Under the pieces are notes generated by a model that worked only from the letters and a program-made list of their open reading frames with translations, made no database searches and was not told the DNA's origin. A program made the position numbers and the translations under genes. A stretch of DNA of 30,963 bases from Oopsacas minuta (lineage: Eukaryota > Animalia > Porifera): contig JAKMXF010000331.1 of NCBI GenBank assembly GCA_024704765.1, positions 171,840-202,802 of the forward strand, in the 5' to 3' direction. Below, one piece after another: positions 12,161-23,598 of the stretch (the stretch's first letter is position 1; each line of letters begins with the position of its first letter).

Positions 12161-12415
12161 ATTTATAGGCGGATTTACTTGAATTTTGATAGTACAACTT
12201 GAAAATGACTTCCTCTCAATGTGAAAAGCCACAATAATGGATGACAAGCGCAAGTGTTCCACAGTGGCTTAATTTGGAAGCTCATGAATCGAATTAGAAC
12301 CTCATTTTTCTTCGATAACTTCAATTTCTAAGGATAATAAGTCATCATGACATATCATTTTAAATAATTATATTTACTGCTAGATGTTGAAGTATTACAC
12401 ACAGTTCGAGTTTTG

Positions 12416-13420
12416 CGAGGGGCACTCAATACGTTTTAAGCCTGACTATGTTGCTAGCTCTTATATAAGTAAACCATTACTTGTTTCGAATAACCATGGG
12501 ATAAATATACTTCGCTGAAAATCTTGTAACTCTATCTTGTATACTTTTCAGATAGCAGTAGTTTTATTATTTATGGATTCCTTAGTTACCAAATCCTCAA
12601 TACAGTTATCAAGGCGTGATAATCGTGCGATAGTACTTTTTCAGTCCCAACTTTTGAAAACAATTAAAGAAGATCGCGAAAATTTCTGTACAGCCTTTCC
12701 AAATAACAGCGTATCTGCAGAAACAGTGAAAAGATGGTACAGAGAATTTAAGTGCGGAAATTTCATCTTGAAGACCAACTCCGCCCTGGACCACCCCCTA
12801 CGCTGTAGAGGGAATTGTTGAGTCAATTGAAGAAATGGTGATAGCAGACCCAAATGTTGCATATGAGAGGATTCAGCACGAAATTGGCATTTCACCCGGG
12901 GCAGTGCACACCGTTTTACACCAATCCCTTCAGCTACGTAAACTTTGTGCCCGTTGGATCCCACATCAGCTTCATCCTGAGCAGAAGCAGAATCGAGTGA
13001 AATGGTGCCATGAAATGCTTAAAAAATTGAACAATGGCAACAGTAGAGATGTTTCCAAGATATTAACTGGTGATGAAACATGGATCTATCACTATGATAC
13101 GGAAACAAAGCAGCAGAGCCATCAATGGTGTGAAATTGGAGAAGGTCCCCCAACAAAGGTTCGCAGAACTCTGTACACTAAGAAACAAATGTATGCATTT
13201 TTTAATACAATGGGTGTTAAAACTGTTGTACCTCTTGAACCTGGTAAGATAAATAATTCAACCTGGTATACAGAGAGTTGTTTGCCTCTAGTCATAAAAG
13301 CAATAAGTTTACAGCGTCCTGGCACAGGATTAAGGGGAACTTTTTTTGCACGACGATAATGCCAGTTCTCATACATCAAAAATGACAAGACAATTCATTA
13401 AAGAATCATGTAATATAACA
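12416..13420 (+). mobile_element. mariner transposon remnant 1, 3'-truncated, nested in the Transib-like element
   Basis: 5' TIR-like CGAGGGGCACTCAATACG at 12416. Motifs VKRWYREFK, ARWIPHQL, ILTGDETWIYHY and (frameshifted) HDDNASSH. Breaks off before YSPDL. Confidence 0.9.
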
Positions 13421-13439
13421 TACTAACTAATACTAACTA

Positions 13440-14741
13440 CCCTTGCTGGGCCAAAAAGCACCATCTTTAAATAAACTCCTAGCCCATTGTACCGAACACC
13501 ATTGACAATGTGCTCCTCCAGCTCTGTTTCGAATCCCAAACATTTTGCCATCAAGAATACTAAGAATGATTTTGGTTTGTACCATTGCTTGAGCTAACTG
13601 TAAGCCATCTTTTCAATTGAGTTTAGGATTAATCATATTTTCCATTATAAACTTAACGCTTTCCAGACACTCCTTTTGAGCAAGTAGTACAACATGCCTT
13701 ATTCCAAACGAAAATTTGTTTTTCCAATCTTGAATATTATCTGAGCCATGAATTGATAGTAGGTCGAAGGCGGATAGAAAAAGTATTTTGTGCTTGGAGT
13801 TGGATGTAGCTCATACTGATTATATATTCGCTGGTAAACAGACCCATCAAACCATTAGATAGCTTTACTGTCAAAGAAAAACGATATTCAGAGAGTGGAG
13901 GAATATTTTCGAATACCCTTAGCATACTAGGTCTTAAAATTTTTTCGCGATTCAGATGGTTTCATTCATTGGACATGTGATTAATGTTAACTCTATAACT
14001 AATTTCACATCGATTCGATACTGATCTAGTCTAGAATAAGAGGGGAAAAGGTGAAGTTCTCAGATTTGCAAAAGACGTCGAAGTTTGTATATTTTTGCTT
14101 TCTTATTTCAAGGATGTCATGCAAGAAAGTAGACTCGGCAATAGGTAGGGCTTGGATATATTTTGCATATGTCCCGGTAGCTATTATTTCCTTGCAAACG
14201 TCCGCGGTGTTAACATCTCGGGAGTTAATAGATAATAACATTAATGCATAGGGAGCTATTATTTTTAGTCAATCTCCTCTTTAAGCAAATGCTTAATATT
14301 CAAAACCGGATCAAGTCTTGTCCGCAAGGCTTTCAAGTAAGTTGAGATAAGGGATTTCTTAATTCCATGATAGATCAGATTCTATGATCAGGTTTTCTCG
14401 AGATTCAATTCGCGGATGTATTGATGGAAATGTGTCGAATATATTTGCCTCCCATTCTTCCATCATCTTGGACTTTCGCAATACACCCTCTTAGGTTTAC
14501 ATTTGTGAATTTATAACGAATTACATCGATTTGGTTTTCATCTAAATCAACTTCTTGAACAAATTTCAAAGCAACAACATGCAAGGTTCTTCCAGCATTC
14601 TTATGTAGCGCGCCTAAAAGAATTCTCGATTCACTTACGCGCCTAGACTATTTGAATTTTCGAAGCATCAAACTTAAATTTTAAGTATACCATACATCAA
14701 TTACATATGATACGGTTAATACTACATTCCAGAGGTGTCAT
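13440..14741 (-). pseudogene. RAG1-core/Transib-like transposase remnant (N-terminal ~two thirds; C-terminal part with the catalytic E deleted)
   Basis: Across frameshifts: FLHDILEIRKQKYTNFDVFCK, WFDGSVYQRIYNQ (first D, ~13847), IRHVVLLAQKE (RP-L-KE motif) and SILDGKMFGIRNRAGGAHCQWC (second D ~13551 plus CxxC). A candidate ATG is at 14741. Confidence 0.72.
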
Positions 14742-15016
14742 CTAGAATCTTTCACTATACAAATACGTTTATTGTGCATTAATAATAAAAAACTGTTGAC
14801 CTATCTTTGTATATTTATCTTTATTCATTGTCTCTTAGCAAAGTTACCTCAGTCAACTGAATTCTTCTTATAAAATTTTATGCAATTCAATAGGCCTTTA
14901 TGATTGTTACGTAACCCATTACATTATTCGTCGAAATTAGCCGCATAGAGCGCGCCTAACTCTCAAAATATTCTTCCTCCTAACTATACAAATTTTTTGT
15001 AAATCTGCGCCTGTAT

Positions 15017-15046
15017 GCGCGCGTAGCGCTCCCGGATAAAAGCTAG
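15017..15046 (+). mobile_element. Possible Helitron 3' terminus
   Basis: GCGC-GTA-GCGC hairpin (15019-15029) followed by CTAG at 15043-15046. The next base is A rather than the usual T. Confidence 0.4.
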
Positions 15047-15274
15047 ACAGCAAGTATTTATTCTTTGGATGAGATTTATGTCCAAGCTTCAAATTATTCA
15101 TTTCAGAAGAATTAATGCAATAATGTTATCGAATAAGCGAACTATTCAAATTTCTATATGTAATGAAAGTTATTTTATATCTATTTTTCTCTTGCGTGGT
15201 TGCGCGAGGCTCGAAAGTGATTGAATTACAAGATATTTATGTCAGATATAGATTGAAATTGGTCTGGATAAACA

Positions 15275-15531
15275 CAGGGCAGGAGAATTGCTCGGGGCAC
15301 CCGACCTCTAGGGGGCCTCCAACAACAAGAAGGGGTTCCAGAATAGAAATTGCTTCAAAATCTGTAATTGCCACCACTTTACAGTTTTGGAGATAGATTT
15401 TTGCCATAATTATTTTATTACCTTTGTTACACTAGCATGAAGCGTTTGCATCTCATGATATTTATCTTAGGGAAGGGGACCTCAGTGTTTAATTCTGCCC
15501 AGGTGCCCCTGATTGGCTAACGCCGGCCCTG
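15275..15531. mobile_element. hAT-type MITE, 257 bp
   Basis: TIRs CAGGGCAGG and CCGGCCCTG; 8-bp TSD GATAAACA / GATAGACA (7 of 8 match). Confidence 0.85.
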
Positions 15532-15767
15532 GATAGACACCACTTCGCTCCACAATTAGCTTATTCATCATCAACTTTTGGAACGGAAGTACGACATTTG
15601 TGTACAGCTTAGTACTTAATGTTGGTGCGACATTTGTGTACAGAATTAGTGTGTAAATACTTAGAATTCAGTCTAAGGTTACAGTTCCCGCTAACTCGGC
15701 GAACTGCACACCAGTAGAATCTTTCATTTGCGATAATAAATAGAAATTCTCTTCTTGTACACATATA

Positions 15768-15850
15768 TAGTAACATCTGTTATCTCGAACCCTCAGAGGA
15801 AATCAAATCTGTTCGAGTTTACGGGGATTCGAGATAGCGGATGTTGACTG
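15768..15850. mobile_element. Tiny Tc1/pogo(Tigger)-like MITE, 83 bp
   Basis: TA-flanked. The left arm TAGTAACATCTGTTATCTCGAAC pairs imperfectly with the right arm ATTCGAGATAGCGGATGTTGACTG. Confidence 0.75.
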
Positions 15851-17705
15851 TAGTACAATGATTTTCTTTGTATTAGTAAAATTTTGCTTGTATATTTTTA
15901 GAGAAAATTCAAGAAAACTCAAATGTTAATTGAATCCTAAGTCCAAATTAAGAAGATTCCTGATCAATTCAATTTCCAGGACAGTTCAAAAAAGTCATTT
16001 TAACAATTGATTCAATTAAATAAAAGGGTTTGTCTAACGAGCTTTGATCGTTCCAATCGATGAACACCAATAAGTATTGAAATATCCTATACAACATCTA
16101 AATGTCGCTTTTCATATCTTGAAAACTCAACTCTCCTATTAAACTAATGTAAAATTGTGGTCATCGTTCGGAAGGATCATTCACAAATTCTAATTAAAAT
16201 ATTCTATTTTCCTCAGATCAAGAGAAAGATTTAATTAAGGTATAATGGGTTATAAATAGATATTGTAGATACTATAATTTTTCACTACTATGACCACTAA
16301 ATTTTACAATTGATTACTCAGAATTCATTATCTGATTCTCTATATTTCTCACTAAAATTGGAATTATTACCTCAACTTACAGCTACCTAGGTTTTAGAGA
16401 ATGCTAAATCCAATAGCACTGGTTTTAGATGTATTTCAGAACATGAAAATTGCCCCTACTTCCTGTCAACAGCCCACTGTGTGTTCTCAAATATTACGAT
16501 ACCAGACTAAATAGGCTTCCGATAACTTTCATTTGGATCAGGCCTCGTATCTATATAAAATTTCATCAGGCTATATCAATATACAAAAATAGATGGTTGA
16601 TGTCGTCAGTTTCCTTTGGTCTAAATACGAAAACTATTAGCATACGAGAATTCTTAAACTTACCTTCATTAATCCAGTTGCTAACTATACTAATATAATG
16701 CTTTTTTGGTAGAATTAACTTGAAACCTTTGGACTATTATCCCAAACATTTGATAAAATTATTATAATATGGTTATTAAAATTACCATTTTAGAACCTCT
16801 ACAGTCACTATCACGAATTATGAACTCACTTATTTTGTAGCAAGCCATCGCCACCAATTGAATCAATCTCATTGGTGTAACAACATCGTTGATCGATGAA
16901 GGAGAATATCCATGGAATTTGGCATGTGCCATGTGCCATGTGCCTAGAATATGTTAGTTAATACGTAGTAACTTGATTTTGTCCAATCCAAAACTGATCG
17001 GACGGGCATCAAAATTGGTACGTATATATATATCAGAAAAACTGGTCAATACCTTCTACGTGTGTGAATATTAAGAAAACTTATTACACCTGTTGAGATA
17101 AGAAACTTTGGTCATAAACTCTTAACATTGTTATAATGAAAGTTGGCTTCAACCAATTATAACAGACATTGATTATGCACATTCTAAATGGATATATCCA
17201 TCATTCAAAATATTCTATAAATCGAATAATTTCGTACTTAATGGATGGACGGGATCGGATTAGGTATTTACTCGCTCTCACACAAAGTTGGCAAATAATG
17301 GGCACATAAGTGGATATAGACATGTATATATTAGCAACAGATGCGAAATGTTTCCCTTTTCGCAATTCGATGGTAAATATCAATAGAAAATATCAAATTT
17401 TATCGAAAAGTTATATTCAACACTTTTTGGCCAGATTTGCGATATATTTTTAGATATTATATTTATTGTAATATAATTTGTTGATAATGGCAATCATTGA
17501 GTTTACAAAACATTTTCCAACATTGTGGAATTTTGTAAAATTTCTAGTTCCCAGGGTGAAATTCAACCCTGACTATTGTAGTATATAAAAATAAGTTATG
17601 AAACGATGTACCTATTTACAAACTATCGATCCCGATCAATATGTAGCTACTTGGGCTAAAAGAGAGCAATATTTCATATTATTTAGTGTATATAATCCAT
17701 TATTA

Positions 17706-18712
17706 CTAGGGCGTTCAATAAGTCTTGCGGGTGATATCATAGAATATGATACAAACACTATACACACTAATTCACTATAGCACTTGGGGAATAGCCAAAA
17801 ATCGCACGGAGCTGGGTCTGGTGAGTATCGTGGATGGGGAAATAATTCTAACCTTTCTACATCCCAGAAACTTTTGGTAAGCTTAGTTGTATGGGAACTG
17901 GCGTTATCAATTAAAATCTTCATTCCTCGAGTTCCGGTTTTCGGGCGGTACTTTTCTATATTTTTTATCAAATTTGGAAGCACTTGCTCTGTAAAGAAAG
18001 TAGCAGTAACAGCTTTGCCACTCTCACAAGGTAATTGCAAGACAATTCCATGACTACTGAAGAAGATGGTATACATAATCATAGGTTTTCTGAAGTCGGG
18101 CCTAGGAATCTTCGCCGGTTGTTCGTCGCCCCTCACCTATGATCGCTTCTTATACTTGCTATATGGTGTTGAATAGTACACCCACGTTTCATCACCAGTA
18201 ATAATCTCTGTTAGGTGTCTAGAATCGCAGTTCTCATAAGTTTCCAAGAGTTTCTTGGCAATATTCAGTCGTGCCAACCTTTGATTCTCACTGAGCTTAT
18301 GTGGGACCCATTTCCCACAAATCGATCGGTAGCCAAGCTCAGTCGTCAGAATTGTATGAATAGCTCCCGATGAAATCTCCATACTTGTTCTAACTGATTG
18401 ACAGTAATGCACTTGTCTTCCATGACCATACTTTCAATGAGTTGTGATATTCTCTGAGGTTGTGGCGGATACCGGTCTTCCAGATCGAGGCAAATCTGTG
18501 ACAACAGCATCACCAGATCTTAAACGGGCAGCCCATCGCTCTACAGTAGATCTGGAAGGGCAATCCACGTACAATATTTCCTGTAACTTGCTGAAGATCT
18601 GTACGGGCTGGATCTTGAGTATTGTGCGAAACTCTATGTAAGCTCGCCATTTGAGGTTGAAATTATCATCCTTTGAAGCCATGGCGTGAGACCCTTGAAA
18701 ACAGTCCATCAT
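17706..18712 (-). mobile_element. mariner (DD34D) transposon remnant 2
   Basis: STVERWAARLR..RSGRP, GKWVPHKL, IITGDETW, ILIDNASSH..YSPDPAPCD (34 residues between D2 and D3). Compensating frameshifts near 18390-18445 and a W-to-TAG change at 18137-18139. C-terminus deleted after FPK. 3' TIR TA|CTAGGGCGTTCAATAAG at 17706; 5' TIR not recognised. Confidence 0.92.
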
Positions 18713-19069
18713 TGTCCTATGGTCATGATGTACCTCCGTGATAGATGCTAGAAATTTGGATCACAAGTACTCCTAATGTAGGAAATGTACAGACTTCATG
18801 ATTTTGACCAAATGCAAACTCATTATAGAATTATTGCGTTATGACAACGATCAATAATTGAATTTTATCAAAATTTCAAAATTTTTAATTATTATTTAAC
18901 TTTGGTAGTTACGAAGGGCAGAGATCAAATAAACAAAAATAACACAGCAGCTCCAGTGGATTACAACACAGAAACCATTATAATTTCGATGGACCATGGA
19001 TGCGCGGTATCGGGTTAATAAATGATTATTTAGCATTGAATGCATTAGCATATAAGCATGTATGTATTT

Positions 19070-21690
19070 AAATTTTATCATTCACAGGCGGGAATCCGAT
19101 CATATTCCATTACTATCATTTTGTTTTATAAATAGCATACCCAAAATGACATAATTTGATTAGCCTACCAGCAAATATCTCGTTCCGACACCCTAGCCTC
19201 TCCCACGTAATCATACTCAAGCAATAGAACTGAGTCAAGTTATTAACCCTAGGTAAGCAGTATCAAACAATCCAGTGCTGTTGCGTAAGTATAATGCTTA
19301 TATAAACGTCGAGATTTGCTATACAATGAGTGGAGATTAATACCCTTATAAATCTATGTTTAAATGACATGATAAAGCTATTGTAGAATTCAGATCAGGT
19401 GGAGAGAATGTAGGTGCTGTTCCATCAAATGATTTAATGATGTTTCAATGTATTTATAGGGTAGGCATGTGTCAGCTGCCGAGGCGTGTTATCGTATCTT
19501 GGTGTATGAGCTCTATGCTAATATGCCACAAGTGTTAATGTGGACCAGATGAGAATCTTTGAATCGCCTAAAGTGTGTATAGATAATCATGAAGTTGAAC
19601 TAGGGTGTTCTTTATTAATGTGCCTGATAGTATTGGTAAAAAATTTTTCACAATATCCAATAGCTATTAGCTAAGGTCAGTTCAATTTCCCTAGCTATGG
19701 CTTCTTCTGGAATTGCGGTTCTCCTCTTAGATGGTAGTAGGACTGTTCATATTCGATTGGAAGTTGCTCTCTCATTCAATGTGAGCAATCTGTATGTAAC
19801 ATCATTTAGCAGAACTCTCTAGCGCAAATCATCCAACGCGCAACGCTCTTGGTTTGGGTGAGATTCATTAGCACACAAGCATGTAGCTGAGCGTATGGAT
19901 CGTAGATTACGGGCTCTCTATTCTTGAGTTTTACAGTTTGGCGTCAAGGATCCTACCAGTGGTTAATGGGTCGTGCAGAGGTAAGCTTGTTTCAGCATGT
20001 CTGAATCGATCCCTTCACTAGCGAGATGTTAAGGTTATGCTTCTTACCATTACCATGCTTCTGCAAAAATTGTCTTCTGAGGAATCTCTGAAGGTAAGTG
20101 AATTCTCTAGCTTCTTACTAAGGGTAGGGGATACGCAGAGCCCGCATTGACTCTAAGTTTTAATTTTCTAGGAGTCATATTTCTGGCTTGGTATCCCCCG
20201 TTTATGGTGACAACATAGACGACTATCAAAATCAGGAGTTCATGTGTCAGCGCATCATCATGTCTCCCCAAAATGATACCTTAGATGCGGTGAATGATTA
20301 CGTGATGGGATTGATACCTGGTGATTCGGGAGCTTTCCTATTTGCTGATTCTTTTGATGATATTCAGACATTCACGTACCCAACAGAGTATTGATTTCTT
20401 TGAGTCATAATGGCATGCTCCCTCATCGACTGATCCTTAAACAGTTCGCGTTCATCATTCTCTTGAGTAATCTTTATCTTACTCAGGGTTTGTGTAATGA
20501 GACTCGCTCAATTATAAGATCTGCTACCCACGATTAAGGCTTCACGTTTAAATTGAATGGAGACAGTCCCCTATCCGAACTGCTTTCTATATCATTATAA
20601 CACAGATCAGGGTAAGAGTTTGGAGCTGTTCGCATTTCTTACCCTCTCCTGAAGCCATATTCAGTCGTGGTCAACTTTATGTAGCTCTGAGCAGAGTTCA
20701 AAATCCTGGAGTTTGAAGATCATGGTCTGTGGAGGGAAGATCTGCCAATGGTGGAGTAATGGTTAAGAATATCGTCTATCGGTAGGTCTTTCTCTAACAG
20801 TTGGAAACCTTTGCCTTCCTGCTTGGATCTGATTAGATCAATTACACACCCTCAATTCCTCTCATTCTTTGTCTGTATTCTCTCATTTTTATAGAGGAAT
20901 AAAAACTGATGATTCTGAGCGTGAGAGTAAAATATCTAAGATCTTTGAGTATTTTAGAGGTGGATTCATTAAGCTCCGAGAAATTTTATGTACCATTTTG
21001 GAATTGCTTCGATTAATATTTACTCTCGAATGAGATGTAATCAGGCTCACTCCATTGGATTATCAACCGAAAAATTTCCGATAGAGAAGATCTTTCTATA
21101 CGTGAAACATTATTGCAAAATTATACATCACTTATCAATGAACTGCTATATGTTTGAAAACGAATTGAATGTAGGTTATGCTTTTTGTGATGGTAACTGT
21201 CTCTACCGAGCTCTATCCCATATCAATATTTGTAATGGCGTTCATAACATAGTCTGAAACATAGTTTGATTCCTAAGTTTCAAGCAAACTCACTGCAGTA
21301 TTTCAAAGTAATGCTGAATTCAGGCTTAGCCAGTCAGAAGGACCTCCATTAGACTAATCTTAGCTCGAGACGAATGGGCTACTAATACAAAATTGAACAT
21401 GACGGATACATGTGGTTTAATAGATGCGCCTGACGTTGATCCTAGCTAATGGACTATCCATCCTTATATATTCATGAACATTTGGATGTCGCGTTAGAAT
21501 GTGACCCGAGTATTCATGAAGGTAGAAAACTTAGGGTATATTACCACAGGTTATATCATCAAGATTGTCTGGAGCATATTTATCAGTAATTCATGCAGCT
21601 TTGTAATTTTACTAATGAGTGTGTGTATTGCATTAAGATATAGTCAAGGCACATAGTGTTGATATCCGTCGCGGAGCGACAAAAGCACAG
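19070..21690 (+). mobile_element. Helitron remnant: Rep C-terminal part, PIF1-like helicase with internal deletions, 3' OTU remnant and terminal hairpin
   Basis: NNPVLLRKYNAYINVEIC, GRHVSAAEACYRI, FFINVPDSIGKKF (decayed Walker A), MASSGIAVLLLDGSRTVH, QGLCNETRL, IFSRGQLYVALSRV and KNIVYR ending ~20797. GTCGC-GGA-GCGAC hairpin at 21668-21680. The left limit is approximate. Confidence 0.88.
20988..21500 (+). pseudogene. OTU-like cysteine protease remnant
   Basis: Cys box CDGNCLYRALS...HNIV*NIV, EWATNTKL (W-T-E motif) and His-box-like YIHEHLDVAL, interrupted by stops and frameshifts. Confidence 0.7.
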
Positions 21691-22745
21691 AGACAGTTAA
21701 CCGGTGTATAGTTAAGCTAAATTGAAGAATGAAACGGCGAGTATACACTCTCCTGTAGCGTAGCTACCTAGCAAGCGAAAAGCGCAAGTTATGACTAATT
21801 AGAAATATATTTCATCCAGAATGGGGATTATCTAATAGCTGATCACTATGAACTTGTAGATTGCGTTAAACTACAACCGGTGTGTCAATGCCACAATGTA
21901 CATGGTTTATAGTGAATAGAAAGTTGACCATGTCCATTCCTAATGAAATGGATCTCTGTAATTAGCCATAATATTAGCAAAAAACGATCAGTACGAAAAT
22001 GATCTTAGATCTTAGAAATATATTATTTATGTATAGTTGAATTTACAACAAAAAAGATGAGAACATCAAATACCCGTAAGAAATCTGGAGAAAAAATCAG
22101 AGAATATTAGTGGGGAGGAGGAGGTTCTCAAAATCGCTTTAAAAAGTAGTTTTCAGTTTGATGTGAGTATAAATAGAGTAAGCCAGCCTAGCGATGTCGA
22201 ACGAAAGCTCACTCGATGGGGTTAGGACAAATTTTGAGAATGGAAATCTTTGGCTGATACGATTCAACAGAAAAGGTTTTTCCGATCGAAACTCAAGGAA
22301 ATACATGTATGCATTTTAAATACAAACAAGCTGGCTTCGCTTGTATGTCGTTGCGCTTCAGCTCAGCGTTCCAGGTTAGCTTAAGTATTAAATAGCTAAA
22401 TTATATAGTGTCATTGGTCGCAACGAAACAGAATATACTCGGCACTACGTGCCTCGAATTCATAGAATAGTTTTTAGGATTGTATCATCCAAGGTCAATA
22501 CAAATTATATTGAATGGCCTTCTGTGGTGACACTGGAAATGCTATGTCGCTTGGTTAGTAATCTCGTGGCTCGGGTATGAAGAAATTCTGAAATTTGTCG
22601 AATTTTGGAAAATTTTGAATATTCTGTACCGTCATGATAACGTCAACTTACATAATCATTCGGTCATATAGTAATGGAAATTTTCAAAATTTCGTCATGA
22701 AATTAGTTTTTGATTATAGAAACTGACGTCCCTGATCACGAGAGT

Positions 22746-22997
22746 ATAAAATTGTGAGTTTTCATCTTATAGTCACAAATCCTTTCCACTTATTGACAAA
22801 AAGTCTGGAGAAATCACGTAAATCTATAATTCAAAACGATAAGTTCAGATTTCACTTCCGGTAACAGTTTGAGTTTCTGTTTTGATACAGTATATGTGTC
22901 CGAAACAATCCAAATATATTTTTAGTGAATTCTCCAGAAATTTTTGCCAATCAGTAGCAGTTTTTGTGACAATAAGATGAAAACTCACAAATATATA
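22746..22997. mobile_element. MITE with long imperfect TIRs (~80 bp)
   Basis: 22752-22779 TTGTGAGTTTTCATCTTATAGTCACAAA matches the reverse complement of 22963-22990 at 27/28. Pairing continues inward (TCTGGAGAAATCAC / GTGAATTCTCCAGA). TA-rich flanks. Confidence 0.8.
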
Positions 22998-23553
22998 TAC
23001 CTCCTTAATTACATGGTTAAAAATATTCAATACAATTATCTTATATTACGCATAATTTCAATAATTTGTTTTTACGACAAATGATTTGGCTTTGGTGAGA
23101 AACATGAACTAGAAGCGGAAGCTGCGCTACCGACGTCTGTAATATTATCTATCAAATTGAGATACTATTTGGAGGATGCAACTAATCGAAATTGTGTCTA
23201 GAGATCTATGTAAAGTTTATTAAGTATTTTTATTGCCCCCTCCTACTCGATGTGCCTTTCTACGCCAGTGAAAATGAGTCGATATAACCTGAGGGTTCAT
23301 GGTTAACAATTATCAGGAATGAACTACTGTATTTCTCTCACAATTATCGAACCTCACCATTCAAAAAGTATGGTATGAATAGGATTATTGATAGAGTCAT
23401 TTGAGCGAATAAGAAAATAAAGAAACGCTTCAAAGGAAATCTACTGTTAAAACCCAATCAATCTGTACATATATACGTGTGTGTATATATATACCTTTGT
23501 TCGTAGGCCCAAAATAGAATAAAGAATTTGGAAGGCATTTTTGGCAAACAGGA

Positions 23554-23598
23554 ATATTTATGGCCTGCCTCGGAAGTTACTAGGCAGGCCATAAATAT
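23554..23598. repeat. Perfect 17-bp inverted repeat with an 11-nt loop
   Basis: ATATTTATGGCCTGCCT - CGGAAGTTACT - AGGCAGGCCATAAATAT. Confidence 0.95.

Larger units (their letters stand above)
12260..16481 (-). mobile_element. Transib/RAG1-core-like DNA transposon, 4222 bp including nested insertions
   Basis: CACAGTG at 12260-12266 and CACTGTG at 16475-16481, each flanked by TGTTC (12255-12259 and 16482-16486). A RAG1/Transib-like coding remnant lies inside. Confidence 0.85.

Noticed and set aside
12267-12300. RSS nonamer at 12/23 spacing after the heptamers
   Set aside because: Checked at both ends; nothing resembling ACAAAAACC is present.
16923-16943. (CATGTGC)x3 tandem repeat and nearby ATCCATG at 16909
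   Set aside because: A short slippage repeat. The ATCCATG has no partner end with a matching 8-bp flank.
23240-23272. CTACGCCAGTG, resembling a hAT-MITE right end (similarly GCCCCTGTG near 26245)
   Set aside because: No partner TIR or TSD found.
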